DNA of 64,000 bases from Antedon mediterranea (GCF_964355755.1 NC_092677.1:25345175-25409174), one strand, 5' to 3'. Positions 40,101-55,100 are shown, counted from the stretch's first letter. Numbers and translations are program-made. The notes: generated from the sequence alone by a model not told the origin.

Positions 40101-43100
40101 TGCCAATCCTCTAATAAAGGTATCAATGACTTAACATACCCCCATAAATAAATGGTACAAACTTTTATTATACATGAATTATAGGCTAGGGTACTACAAC
40201 AGCACAGAAATGTTTCAAAACAAGTGTCAGTTACCTGGATAAACTAGACAATACCAATCCTCTAAGAAGGTATCAATGACTTAACACACCCCCATAAATA
40301 AAATGGTACAAACTTTTAATATGTACATCAATTATATACTACTACAACAGCATACAGTAGAAACCATTCACAACAAGTGCCACTTACCTAGATAAACTAG
40401 AAAATTATCATCTAAGAAGAAATTGCTAAAACTCCCCCATAAACAAATGGTACAAACCTCATACACATAAACTTTAGGCTACTACAAGAGCCATTCACAA
40501 CAAGTGCCATACTTTACCTAGATAAACTAAACAACACAAATCCTTTAAGAAGAAATCATTAAAAAAAAACTCCCCATAAATAAATGGTACAAACCTGAGA
40601 TACGTGAATTATATGCCACTCCAACAGCACAGAAGTCATTCGCAGCAGCAGCTATCTCACCAGCGCACCTCGTTCCGTGACGGTTCTTTGTGCCATCATC
40701 TGAAGACTCCGGTGAAGGATCACCATCGTTAGAATTTAGGTCCCAACTTCCTTCTGGACACTACATAAACAAGAAATATTTCTTAGAAAAAATGCCGCTC
40801 ATCTGACGACAACTACCGTCTACATGCATCTCAATATTTATCAGCAAATGTTTTCATCGACCCTCTTTCCCCGGACGTACTTTGGGGCGTGCGTATGCCC
40901 AGTCCGAGTTCAAAATACCAATTTTTTCAGCCGTAGTAAATAATAAGCTACAGTACCACATGGTAACTGTTTCCTAATGCTTCCGTTCTCTTGCACAAAC
41001 TGCCTAAAGGAGCAGCGCGAAAATTATACAATATTTGCTTAGAAAATGTTATAGATTGTCTGATAATTTAGTTCTTCTGAGTAAACTATAAGTGCAAGTA
41101 ATTTATCATTTGATGTTTTACGCAAGAATATCTTTAGGTTTTAAAACCAATATTTATCTGATCTGATAATCATTTAATACAATTATGATTATTAGTTAGT
41201 TCAAATAACTTACATAATTTGCTTCAATATCTGGATTATTCCATTCTAAACCTGCAAAAGAAATAATAACAATTTTAAGTAAAGCCAATGCTTTTGAATA
41301 AAAAGAATGATTTAAGTATTATATTGAGCAACATTTAAAATGTTAGAAAAGCGACCACAGTGGAAATAAGTTACTTGTACTTTTCTGTGTTTTTATCCTT
41401 GATCTTGATCAACAGAATGAATAATTTAAACAAATAAAATAACAATATTTTTTTTTTTAAATATACATAGACAAATAATGTTGTATACATGATATGGGTT
41501 AACATGATTTTAAGATAATACAACTAGACCACCTAAGGTTTATGCAAATATCTTTAGTAAAAATCACCATGGGGGGATCAAACTCAAATTGCTATAATAC
41601 TACTGTATTACCAAAATTGCTAGTTAGTAACTGTCTATCTAACTTGCCTTGTCAATATCAATCAGTAGAAAATGTAGATGACAAGGCATTTAAATGACAA
41701 TTTTGTTAATGGCGCTGAGTAAGTGTGACAGGCGAGTATCTTTGGTTTTAAATGTGGTTCTGTGGACAGTATTTGATTGTACTGTGTTATACCTGCAGTA
41801 TTTCCAAGAAGGTCATTATTAAAGTTCAGATTTACCAAAACTATGTCAATTGAATATTTAAGGAAGGAAAATATGTTGTCAATGATGCTATTGAACGTTA
41901 AAATAAACAAAATAATCTTTTTGTAGCCTTGATTTTAATTTTATTACAATACTTTGTGTTACAATGTTATACGGCCTCGTGGAAGAACACAGACTTTCTG
42001 GTGAACGAGTTTTTTCCGTTGCAAAAATGATTGAAAAAAACAATTGAAATGTTTAAATTTTTTATTTATTATTCGTTTTTTTTATTAGAATTGATTTCAA
42101 TGTTATATGGCCTCGTGGAAGAACACCTTTCTAGTAAACAAGTTTTTTCTGTGGAAAAAATGATTGAAAAAAACAATAGAAAGGTTTCTATTTTTTTAAA
42201 TATTTATTTATTCTTTCTTTTAATTTTTACCTTCATCTTAATTTTTATTACAATACTTTGTGTTACAATGTTATACGGCCTCGTAGAAGAATACCTTTCT
42301 GGTGAACGACTTTTTTCCATTGCAAAAATGAAGATTTTATTATTATTATTATAACGGGTTAAAAAGCAAACAGAATGTACTGTACTGTAATTACTGCAGT
42401 AGAATAATTTTGACATGATCCCTTATGTCTTGACAATATAAAGCTATAATCTGTCACAATCAAATATTTACATTTAATATATTCATTAATCTATCAATTT
42501 ACTTTGATTTGACTTGACTAGAAGAGTAACAGTATGCCATCACAAATCATGTGACCTCTCATAACTGTTTCAATAATTTATGTGAATTTCTTTATCTATA
42601 AAAATTGTACTAATAATAATAATAATAGTTCATTCTTATATAGCGCTCTAAAAGCAAGCTCTCAATGCTCTGAACATTATTACCCCTGTCATTTTTTGGA
42701 TCAAACGCGTATGGAAACATACTATACTCCCATAATGCAGCTAGTGATCAGCGCAAAGTTGTGTCTTGATCTAACCGGGTACCCATTTATACACCTGGGT
42801 GGAGAGAGGCAAACGTAAGTAAAGTATCTTGCCTAAAGAATACAAGCAATGCGGCGAGAGTTGGATTCGAACCTCGGTCTCACGATCAGTAGTCAATCAG
42901 TGTAACTACTATTATAACGAAGATGTATACCTCAGTTTTTTTTTTCAGTTTTCCCACTTGGATGCAGAGCAATGACGTACTGTAAGCGCGACTCAAGTAA
43001 TTATGACCAATCATCACGCGACGTATCATCCGAACTATCGCTTGTGATTGGTCAACTCACTTGATTGTGCTTTGCATTGCCTGGAAAACTGAGATAAATG

Positions 43101-46100
43101 ACGGCTGTTGTTTACTGTACTTTACAATACATACAACAAGCTGTTGTAATATACAGGATTTATTAGTAGTTTTACCATTGTGTTGTATATAATAAAAGCA
43201 ATTCAATGATGCACCACTATCGTTGCAGTCAATGATTCAATACAGTAAAACTCAATGATGTATTTGATATCATATTGTGCATTTGTGTTAAGATTACATG
43301 CAGACAGTCTAGTGTTAAGTTTATCATCAATAATTCATCATCCCTGTCAATATTTAAAAGCAAGTTCCACTTCATTAGTTTTTAGTTTCAAATTTTCCTT
43401 TCATTATTTCTTTGCATTGCATAATATAATACAGTAGAGAAATTATACTAAGCTTTATATACTACTGTAGTGCTGTTTCTACTGTATTGAGAATGGTGCT
43501 CCTTGTAAATATTTTGATTATAAAATGACGATACAATTAAAAACAATTAATAAAAGGTTGAGTTTTAATAGCAGCTAGTTAAACACAATAGGCTGAGGAT
43601 TGGTTAATAAAGTACTACATGATTAATATCATGTGTAGTACCATATAAATCCCCTTCATATCTCTCTGACCTTCTTCCTCTTCACATACCTTCCCGTTGC
43701 CTTTGCTCGTCTTAAAAAAATCTCCTTTCCATTCCGACTTTTAACACTAAAACATATGGCTTTTAGCACCTTCACTTCTGCTGCCTCACGCTTATGGAAT
43801 GACCTACCCGCCTCTATTAGATCATGTTCGTCTACTATCGCCTTTATATCTGCCTTGAAAACTCATCTTTTTCTTCAGATTGAGCTCTCTCATACTGCTG
43901 GAATTGGCGCGTTATAAATTCGTACTATTATTATTATATTAATAATAGCATACCATATTAGCTTACAGTACTAGAGAAGAGTAAAGGGAAATTTACACAG
44001 TCGAGTGGTAACGGTTAAACAAATTTAGAAACTATGTTATTCCTTATGATCATTTACACACAACGCAGAGCGGATGGGCGGTTTCTGCTTAGGATAGATT
44101 TACAGTCGAGTGGTAACGGTTAAAAAAGTATAGAAACTATGTTATTCCTTGTGATCATTTACACACAACACAGAGCGGATGGACGGTTTACGCTCAGGAT
44201 AGATACAGATTCTACAGTACATGGGACAAGTCAGGCGTTTTTTCCGCTTACCGTTACCGCTCGTCTTTGTAAATTGGCCTTAATTAAAGGTACACATTTT
44301 GAACCAAAGTGTCCCGTGAATCGGGGTCAGATGTCAGTAGATTTTTACATTACATAACATTATTTTTTATTGTTAAGGATTTTGAGTGATTTATCTGGCA
44401 GCTATAAATACATTAATGTTTTATAGCAACCAGTAGAAAAGTTTAACTTTCAACAATAAAACACTTGTGATATCCCAGAAGGATTATAGCAATTCATTTA
44501 GTGACATTTTTTTAAAAACGATTTTATCTTTTTTTTTTTTAATTGTAATCATGGAGATGTTTTGATTTTTTATATGCTTTTCAGTCATGCTTTTAAATTT
44601 ACTGTATTTTCTCCCAATACATGAAAAATACTCACTTTTGTCTGAAAAAACCAACAATTATACCAAAAAAAAGACTATTTTTAAAGATACAGTATCACTA
44701 TCAATAAAAAAAATATTTTGTTACATTTTTTTGTTGTTGAATATGCCATTTTAATGTCACATATTAACTTTGAGTTTGACCAACAATTCGATTGAAAGAA
44801 AACTTTAATTTAAATTTTAAAAATAGTCAAATTGTCTGTCAGACAATGGGTTTTTGGTTAAATTTAACTGTTTATTTTGTCTCTTTTTATAGGTGAAATC
44901 ATGATATTTTTTTTTCATTTTTGAATAAATTCAATAAAACTTCGAATCACATATTCATAAGTCTGATTTTATAAATCTTTATTTTTTATGATTTTGACGG
45001 ACAACACATCTTTAAAATCTCACCTAAATCCTGTTGGCTTTCAGAAAATTGGATTCTTATTTTTTCTCTTAGTGTTTTTTCCCCTGATTAAAATTTTGGA
45101 CAAATACGGCCATATAAACATTTTCTTTCACTAATTATTTTCGTGACAAATAATATCTTTATAATTGATCCAAGGAATAGGATGAACAAAGTAGAGCTCA
45201 AATATTGATAAGGACAAGATATTGATGTAACTTTATTTTCATATCTTTGGACTACTACCAGTAAAATGTCCTTCGTTTTATCTAATTCCTTCCTCTACTC
45301 AACAACAAAATTTCTTCCAGTAATGAAGTTCCTCAATATTTGATACTTTTTTGTTACAAAGGGATGTACAGTACTTTTTAAGGAAATACTTGGTTATAAA
45401 TTGTTATTGTTAATATAATTAATTGTGACCACATTTATAAATAGCATCTGTTTTTTCCCACAAGCAGATGTACAGTAAGGAAAGGAAATACTGTAGTACA
45501 ATCCATTTTAAACTTTCCCTGCTTAAAATTACAAGGATCATTGTTGATTCACAATAATTAAAGCCCCCTTCCCTACGTTTTTTAGATCTAATTTAAGATC
45601 ACAAACTATATTTAATGTAAAAATAATACTATGGTCCTATTGCGATAACTTTTTTCGTCTTTAAACGGTTTAATATAAAATAAATCGATTCTAATAATTA
45701 TAGCGGCCCGCTATAAATCCCAAAATGCATTGCGCGCGGATTGATATTTTTGTTTTTCACCTGTAATTCGCCCACTTTTCGATCGATCGTGAAGCCAAAA
45801 CAAATGGAAGACTCCTAACTTTTCAGCGAAAATACCGGGTTTTCCCCAATTTGTATCAACGGAGTCTGGCAAAAATAGAAAGACAATTAATGCAGCAACT
45901 ATACAACGTCAGGCTAGGTATATAGCTAGCGTACGATGTTCGTACGTTATCGATGTTTACCAGCTAGGCCTACAAAACTAAGCCTAGCTAGGCTAGGCCT
46001 AAGACCGTCCACGAGATGTCGATCGCCGCGAGCTACTTAGGTAGTGCATTGTTTCTCACTTTTTATCATAATTTACCATAAAACGTACATTTAAGACAAG

Positions 46101-49100
46101 GAATGACATGGTTTAATGTTTTTAAAGTGATATATGTATTATTTTCCAAAAAACGTCCAAAATTGCAGGGAAGGGGTCTTTAAGTAAAACACCTCCTTGT
46201 CTTTATTTGGTCCCGAAGGTTTCCCCATTTAAAGGAAATAAGGGTTCTAAAGCTCTGTCTACACTATCAAAATATTTCCACAACAAAATGTGTGATGTGC
46301 CCAAATATGGTAGTGATATCTCCAAATATGATAGTGACATGACATCATCATGTCTATATATGGCCACATCACTTTTTTTTTGTCACAAAAAAGTTTGATA
46401 GTGTAGACAGAGCTTTTGTATTAAATTCTAATATCAAAGACCATACAGAAAAGGAAGCGTCACTTGCTGTAGCATGTACATTATGTGATGCTTTTATTAA
46501 ATATGTCACATGGGACTATATTTAACTTTAACATTTAAAAATAAATCCATGATACAAAATACATGCATTTTTGTTTATTTATAATAAAATATTAATTTTT
46601 CAATCTAAAACAACAAATTTAGCATTTTATTCAAATCTTGTATCTATCTTGTTCAATTTTGCTTTATTTATTGTAAACAGATCTGTTGCGTTTAAAACTT
46701 TTTCACATTTGTGAAGAACGTAATGGTATTGTCAATTTGAATGGTAAATTGCTTAATTACGGTAATGACTTTAGAAGATTTAAGCGAATTCTCACGGGAA
46801 AACGTTCGCAAATGTTTCAATGTTCCAGGAAATTATGAAATCTTACAGTAAAACCATTCATATCCTTTGAGAAATTGCACTAAATCTGAATTATTTGTAA
46901 AAGATATGAATATAGCAAAAACAACATAACATTTTTTAACATACCATAAATAATTTTTATTACTGAAAAAATATAATTTGTTTTAAATGCAAGTAATCTA
47001 AATAGTTTAAATTTGAATTTGACATTTTTTTCCATTAAAAAAATCAATTTTAAACATGGAAATCAGAGAATATTAATAACAAAATACCAAAGTGTAATCC
47101 TTGCCATTTGATTGGTTGATTTGTATCACATGCCATGCATTATTTGGATCTATCCTCATGGTTAGTGACACACTATTGCACATTTAGGTTTTTGTAAACC
47201 TTTTGATAATTTTGAGTAAAGCTCTGTCTACACTATCAAACTTTATGGGACAAAAAGTGTGATGTACCCAAATATGGTGGTGATATGACATCATGTCTAT
47301 ATATGGGCACATCACATTTTTTTGTCACATAAAGTCTGATAGTGTAGACAGAGCTTAAGACTGGCGACTGGTACACATTGTACAAAATCCAATTCCAAGC
47401 AAAATTATTAAAGACAGTTTTATGAATACAATTAAGCTACAGAATTTTCAATCTTCTGAAAAAATTAATTTGTTTTTGGTATGCAAACAATTTGATTGAA
47501 TCTGAATTGAAAACAGAATCTTTCAAAAATTAATGATTTTAAAATACACATACAGAAGAAAATCATACCTTCATTTTTGATTCAATATTATTTTTCAAAT
47601 TTCTAAAATTTCATAATCTTCACTTGATAAATCAACATTTTGCGTGAGAATAGCACATCGGGCAATTTTCTTTTATTAAAGAAATTCGGACAAAAGATAT
47701 TTGCATTTAAATTAGAAGCCATATTGTGCATTTTATTGCGATCAACATATACTGTAACTTTTACATAAAACGTATAACCTTCAGTAAAATATTGCACACA
47801 AATCCCATTAACATGAGGATTGCTTTTATTAAAAATTTAACAAAAGATTTCATTGGCAATCTTATCAAAAGAAAACAAATGTATGCACTGTAAAATTTTA
47901 ACAAAATGATTCTACTGTAGAGAAGTCACTACCTCCCCTGTGTTTATTAAGGGGGGGGGGGAGAGAGAGAGATGGGAGGGGATGTACATTAACCATACTA
48001 ATCATTATATTGTTTATTAATTAATAATAATAATATCCTGGATTTATAGATTTATATAGCGCCTAATGTTGTAAAACCTCTAAGTGCTGAACATTATTAC
48101 CCCAGTAATTTTTTTTTTTTGATCAAACACGTATGGAAACATACTCTCATAATGCAGCTAGTAATCAGAGCAAAGTTGTGTCTTGATCTAACTGGTACCC
48201 ATTTATACACCTGGGTGGAGAGACACAAATGTAAGTAAAGTATCTTGCCTAAAGGATACAAGCAATGCGGCAAGAGTTAGAATCGAACCTCGATATCACA
48301 ATCAGTAGTCGAACGTCCAACACACTGCGCCACACGCCCTTATTACCGTGACATTGATAACCTCATATTAAAAATAAATATTCAAAATTAAATAGAGAAT
48401 ATGGAGACAAAAGACAGTTATAAACCTGCAAAAAGGCAGGTGACAAGTTAGACAAGGTAGATAGATAATGTAGGCCTCATAAACTTTACATCAAAACAAA
48501 GTAATTTTATAAATGGTTAATGCAGTAACTGCAGTACAGTAGACTTAGTATTAGTAAATTTTACATGATGTTTTCCTTTCCCAAGTACAGTACTATACAG
48601 TACAGGAATGAGTCTCTCCTTGCATCATTCCAATAGGGAATAGGAATAGCTTTGTAATTATTTTTAGTATCATGTTTTATTTCATCAAACAATGGTTGTA
48701 CAATCCGAGAACATTTTCACGACTTTTTTTATTGAAATCATTCGTACCCTACATGCTTTCATATCATGAACTGAACATAGTGAGGGTGTGTGGCTCTGTG
48801 TGTTGGACGCTGGATTACTGATTATGAGATCGTGGTTCGAATCCAACTCTCTCTACAATTTCTTGTATCCTTAGGAAGACACTTTACTTACATTTGCCTC
48901 TCTCTACTCAGGTATAAAATGAGTTTGATCAAGACACAACTTTGCGCCGATTACTAGCTGCATTGGGAGTATGTTTCCATATGTGTTTGATCCAAAAATG
49001 ACCAGGGTAATAATGCTTGTGAAGCGCCTTTGAGCATGATTACTCATAAAAAGGGCGCTATATAAATATGGTATTATTATTAATAACATAAATGTGTCCA

Positions 49101-52100
49101 ATTACTGGACCGTACCATTTTGCTATCGTGGGAAGCCGTCCGTTAGCATGCTGTCTGATGCTGCAATGCATAAAAATAATAAAAATAATTGTATTCTTAC
49201 CATCGTCAATGACAGCTATGACAACGCCCGTCCCTGTTATATTATACTCCCATAATTTGGTGACATTTATATCCATCTCTGGGTATTTGTCATTATGCTA
49301 TGGAAATAAAAAACAAGTTTTCGTTAGTATTTTATACTCTGAATGATACGTTGTTTTATATAGACAATGTTTATTACATTCAACTACATTTAAATGCAAT
49401 ACAGCAGACTTCTATTAAGTGTCTGATCTAAAGCTCTGTCTACACTATCAAACTAGTTTGACAAAAAATGTGTGATGTGCCTAAATATTTAGTAATGTGC
49501 CCAAATATGGTAGTGATATGTTTAAATATGGTAGTGATATGACATAATCATGTCCATATATGGGCACATCACATTTTTTTGTCACATAAAATTTGTTATG
49601 TATATAATAAATAATGCAGGTACAGTATTGCCCTTCTTTCGGAAAGTTTCCCTTTAATTTAATCCATTGATTCAAGAACATGTGTATCGAGTCCCGTTTT
49701 TTTTTTTTTTTTGCAATTATGTGTGTGTACATAATATATTATCTATTTATTATTTTAATAATAATTGTCAATCTTCATGAAGAATTTCTGTTGTTATTTT
49801 ATATGATGATGATGGACAAATAAAGCATTTCAGTATTCAGTACATACTGCTACAGTATTTTATTCATTACAATAGATTTGTAGGAAAACGAATTTATAAA
49901 TAGAATATTATTATTAATTATGCCTTCGTTTTTATTTTTTTTTATTTATTCAATTTCTGCCATATACATACAAAGAAGACAAAACAATTATAAAAGGAGG
50001 CACGGAAAGACCAAACAGGTGCTAAACACCTATGCTAGTTGGTCAACCCAGAACAGAGAAAAATAAATAAATTACGTTCTACAATAAAAGCATCGACAAG
50101 AAAGCGACCAACTACACACATTTTCAATATCAAAATTATTTAAAAAATAAATATTGAGATAATTAAGTAATTTGGTTTTGTTGTTCTTTAAACTAATCAG
50201 GGCCTTAATTGTGTCCATGTCCTTTCTCGATGGTTTAAAGTATTATTATTAACAGAATGTGTTTGCAATTGTTGAGAGATGTATCTTTAATAAATATTTT
50301 TTATTTCTTAATAGAATAAATAAGAGAAGCCTGATAATTTTTTTTCATTTGTCCGAAAAGTAGTGTAGTTTATATCGGTTCAGTACAACTACTGTAGTGG
50401 CACTGCATAGTATCTTTATAACATCCAGTACATTTTGTCCAGGTTCCTTTTATTTTTCTAAGTAGTACTATAGTTCCTGTTTCTTTTCTTATCTTATTTG
50501 TGCAATTGTGAAAACATGAAAAGTATACTAAGTGTCCCTTTATGAAAGTTTTTATTTATGTGCTTTTTAATCATTGTATGTCATTATTCAAATAATACAC
50601 TGTGCATGCTGCATAATTTTTGTTTTGCCATTTGATTGGTTGATTTGTATCACATGTCATGCATTATTTCGATTCATCCTCACGATTAGGGATACACTAT
50701 TGCACATTTAGGTTTTTTAACTTTTGAGAAGTTCTGTCTACACTATCAAACTTTTGTGACAACAAAATGTGATGTGCCCATATATAGACATGATGATGTC
50801 ATATCACTACGAAGCACATCACACTTTTTTTGTCAAACTACATACAGTAGTTTGATAATGTAGACAGAGCTTTAAGCGAGACTGAATTAATTTCTGTTTT
50901 CTGGTGCTGTAGGCCTACTGTAGGTAGTCCTACAGGAAAACATACACCCATTGATTCAAGAACATTGTGTACCGAGTCTCATTGCAAATTGTGCCTGCTG
51001 CCAGCCTAGAAAAACAAATTATGCATGCAAGCCTTTGTTCCCATCCTCATCAGAAAGCTATTGAGTACAATGAAATTATGACTACTATTATATCTGAGTA
51101 AGCTTGTTGAATAACCTTTCATTAATCAATACCTTGGCTGCTCAGACAATTTACCTTCAACTTTTAATTTGAACAGAACAAACGCAACAAAGCTATTTAA
51201 GGACACACAAATCAATTGTATACAGTACGTACTGTTACACAGTACTGTAGTAGAACAATACGTATCGTAGAAAAACAAATTTATATAGAATATTAATTAT
51301 TTTATATTTAATTTAAAAAAAAAAATAATAAGTATGAAAATGGAAATTGTAATGTAATGTGAAGAAAAATTACTTGTAAATTAAACTTTTTTTCGTTTAA
51401 TATGAACAAAATAAACGTAACAATGCTCAAAGTAGACACAAATAAATTGTCTACAGTACATACAGTACTGCTATTTTACACATTACAATAGATTTGTAGG
51501 AAAAGAAATTAATAAATACAATATTAATTTGTCTTTGTTTTTCTTTATTTATTTTATTTTTTCTATCCTTGTCTACTGTACTGTATGTAAAAAAATTGTA
51601 TTTTTTCTGTTATCCAATTAGTGTACTGACAGTTGAAACTTACAAATATTGTTTTATTTTTTTTATTTTTTTATTTTATTTTATGTCTTTAGGCAATGTG
51701 GCCAAGGATTACCAATAGAGAATTAATCACTGTCCTATCAGATAGGTGGTAATCCCCCTGATACATGGGCTATTGTGTGAACCAGTTCACCGGGGTAAAT
51801 ACTAATAAATACTTATAAAAATCAAAAGAAGTGTTTACATATTTTTCTCAAAAAATTAAATTGTTTTTTTTTGTATTAAACATAAAAAAAAGGTTAATCA
51901 AATTGTTTTGTCAGATCCTTGATTTGTTCCCTAGAATGTAACCTTGTGTCAACATAATAAGACATAAATGGTAGTAATATATGCAACTTTCATTTTCAGA
52001 AAAAAAAATCAATATGTCCCAATTTGGAGCCATTTTTTTCAAAACTGCCCTTAAATTTAAATCAGGTTCTTAATCATGTCCATGTCCTTTCTTGATGGTT

Positions 52101-55100
52101 TGTAAGTAACATGTCATATGTACAGTATGTGCAATCGTTTATGCTTGGTTCCCACTAGCGACGCAACGCAAGGACGTAACGCAACGCAAGTGAGTTGACC
52201 AATCTCATGCGATGGATTATTCGCTTGTGATTGCTAACTGTCTATAACTTTGCTTGTCATTGGTTAAAACGCTTGCGTTGCGTTTACGTCCTTGCATTAC
52301 GTTCTAGTGGGAACCAAGCTTAAGAGATGCATCTTCAATTATTCTATTATTATAGAAGAATAAATAAACAAAGGGAAGCCTGATATTAAATGAGTATATG
52401 ATAAAAGCATTGTAATGTGAATTGATTGATAAATTACACTGTAATTTTTTTCATTTGTCCGAAAAGTAGTGTGCTAGTTGGTATCAGTTTAGTACAACTA
52501 ACAAACAGACTTATCTTTATAGCATCCAATACATTTTGTCCAGGTTCCTTTTATTTTTCTAAGCAGTACTATAGTTCCTGTTTCTTTTCTTATCTTATTT
52601 GTGCAATTGTGAAAAGTAACTATTTAAACCATGGACATATTCAATTTATAGGTCCATGCTTAAACCATGGAGGTACAGGTAATAACAATAATACTTTAAA
52701 TAGTTCATTCGTATAGCGCATATAAGCAACCTCTTAATGCCCTGCACATTATTGCCCCAGTTTAACCAATACCCATTTTATTATATACTCCTAGTTGGAG
52801 AGAGGCAAATGCAGGTAAACAGTCTTGCCTACAGTAGATACAAGTAATGCAACAAGAGTTGGATTCGAACCACGATTTCTTGATCAGTAATCCAACGTTC
52901 AAAGCATTGCGCCATGTATACAGTACCTCCATGCTTAAACTGGACAGAAAGTCCACTATTTTAAAACTTTGATAAGAATAGTAATACCTGTATAAAAACT
53001 CATACACTCTTTTGGTATAATTAAGCTACAGTACAGTAGATAAATTGTATTGATTTGATTTTTTTTTGTAAGTGTCATGAGCACTCTTATATAAAGTGGT
53101 ACAATATGTGCTCCATATTAATAATATTATTAGTACTTCTTTTGGTATAATTAAGCTACAGTAGATTTTGTATTGATTTGATTTTTTTTTGTAAGTGTCA
53201 TGAGCACTCTTATATAAAGTGGTACAGTATGTGTGCCACATTAATAATATTATTAGTATAGTACTATTACATTGCAAATTCAATCCTGAAGATGAATCCA
53301 TTTTGAACCTTTTTTTTTCTCAGTTTGTTTTATTACACTGCAGTAATATTGTACTTAGCATTTAAAGGTTATGTTTCTCCTATTATTTCATTGCTTTCTG
53401 TTCATCATATTTTAAAATATTATTGATACTGAATATTTATGTCATAATGGTAAGCACAGTTTTGATGGCTACTTAAACAGACACTGCTAGATTGAACTGT
53501 ACGTAGTCCAACATCTAATTACTGTATGTTCAAGGGTTAGTTTTAATGGATCACTAAAGCTCTGTCTACACTATCAAATTTATGTAATGTGCCCATATAT
53601 GGACATGATGATGTCATATCACTACCATATTTGTGCATATTCCTACCATATTTGGTCATATCACACTTTTTTTTGTCAAATTTGTTTGATAGTATAGACA
53701 GAGCTTAAGAGCCAAACATTCTACGATTATATAGCGTGTAATATCACGATATGAGCCGAATCGTGACTTATGATTGCACATACTGTAAAAAATGCATATT
53801 AAAATTAAAGCACAAAATGTACAAACAAATCGTGAAGAATGTGACATCAATATTCATCACTGTTTCAAAGATCAGATATTGTTGTCAATATCATCACGTA
53901 CAATATGTTGCATATTTCAAACATGAAACAGATTTACTGAAACTACTGTATTATGAGAAGTATAGTGTCTTATAACAGTACAGTAGCACAGTGTTAAGCT
54001 CTGTCTACACTATCAAAGTAGTTTGACAAAAAAAGTGTGATGTGCTAAATATGGTAGTGATATTCCTAAATATGGTAGTGATATGACATCATCATGTCCA
54101 TATATGGGCACATCTCATAAAGTTTGATAGTGTAGACATACTTTAGCTGTAAATAGTTCGGTAATTTGTTAATTTTGCAAATGTAATTTCTGTTCATTCT
54201 AGGCCTTTTTATTTTTATATCTGTATTTTGTATCATCATTGTATAAAACGACATTTAACTGCTGCATGGAGACTTTAAATTTATATTACAACTTTCAAAA
54301 AACAATTAAATCAGGATCATAATTTTAGGTAAAATGGTTAATAAAACACTAAAAATAAAATATTGACACTCCATCTAAGTTAAGTATTGTACTTTTTGCT
54401 CTTTAGTTTCTTTTTGTACAATCCGTTTCCTTATAATAAAATTGTTTTATTTTTTCCTTTTTATTTTCTATTTATACTTTTATTTTGCACTGACTGACTG
54501 CAGAACATTTATTTTTCTTTACTCATCAAGTTGATACTGCATACAGTAGTTATCGGTACAGTTTATCCTTACAGTGTTTATTGCAGTTTATAAGGTCAAC
54601 ATTATTTTACTGCAGTTACTGCAGTAATTACTGTACATTTTCTTTCTTTGTTTATGTGTCATTCACTGCAATAAACAGTAGGCTGTATAATGATGAATAC
54701 GGAAAAAGCTTCCTAAAATAATTTCATAAACAGGTTTAAACAGTAAACAAATGTACAGTAGTTACTGCAGTAAAATAATTTTTATTGATACTTTTAATTT
54801 ATGCCTTTAATAATTTAAACTTATCACTGAAACAAGCTACAGTAAAATTATGTGTATTACTTGAATGCAATATTGTCACTTTAAAAGTTTTGCTAATAAT
54901 TTGCTTGATTAATCTTTTGTTACTAAAAACTGCAAAGTCACTCACAAGTTTAAACTAGTTGTAGCTCCGAAATATCTCATTAATAATAATAATATAATAA
55001 TCTTGTGTTTTAAAAGTGTTTATAATTGGGTCAATCTTAGAAAAATAGAGTGGCTATTATTAAAGTATAAATTTAGCTAAATTACATAATGTATTATTTT

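Noticed and set aside
42031-42354. 107-aa hydrophobic ORF
   Set aside because: Lies in an AT-rich local triplication; its composition reflects T-runs.
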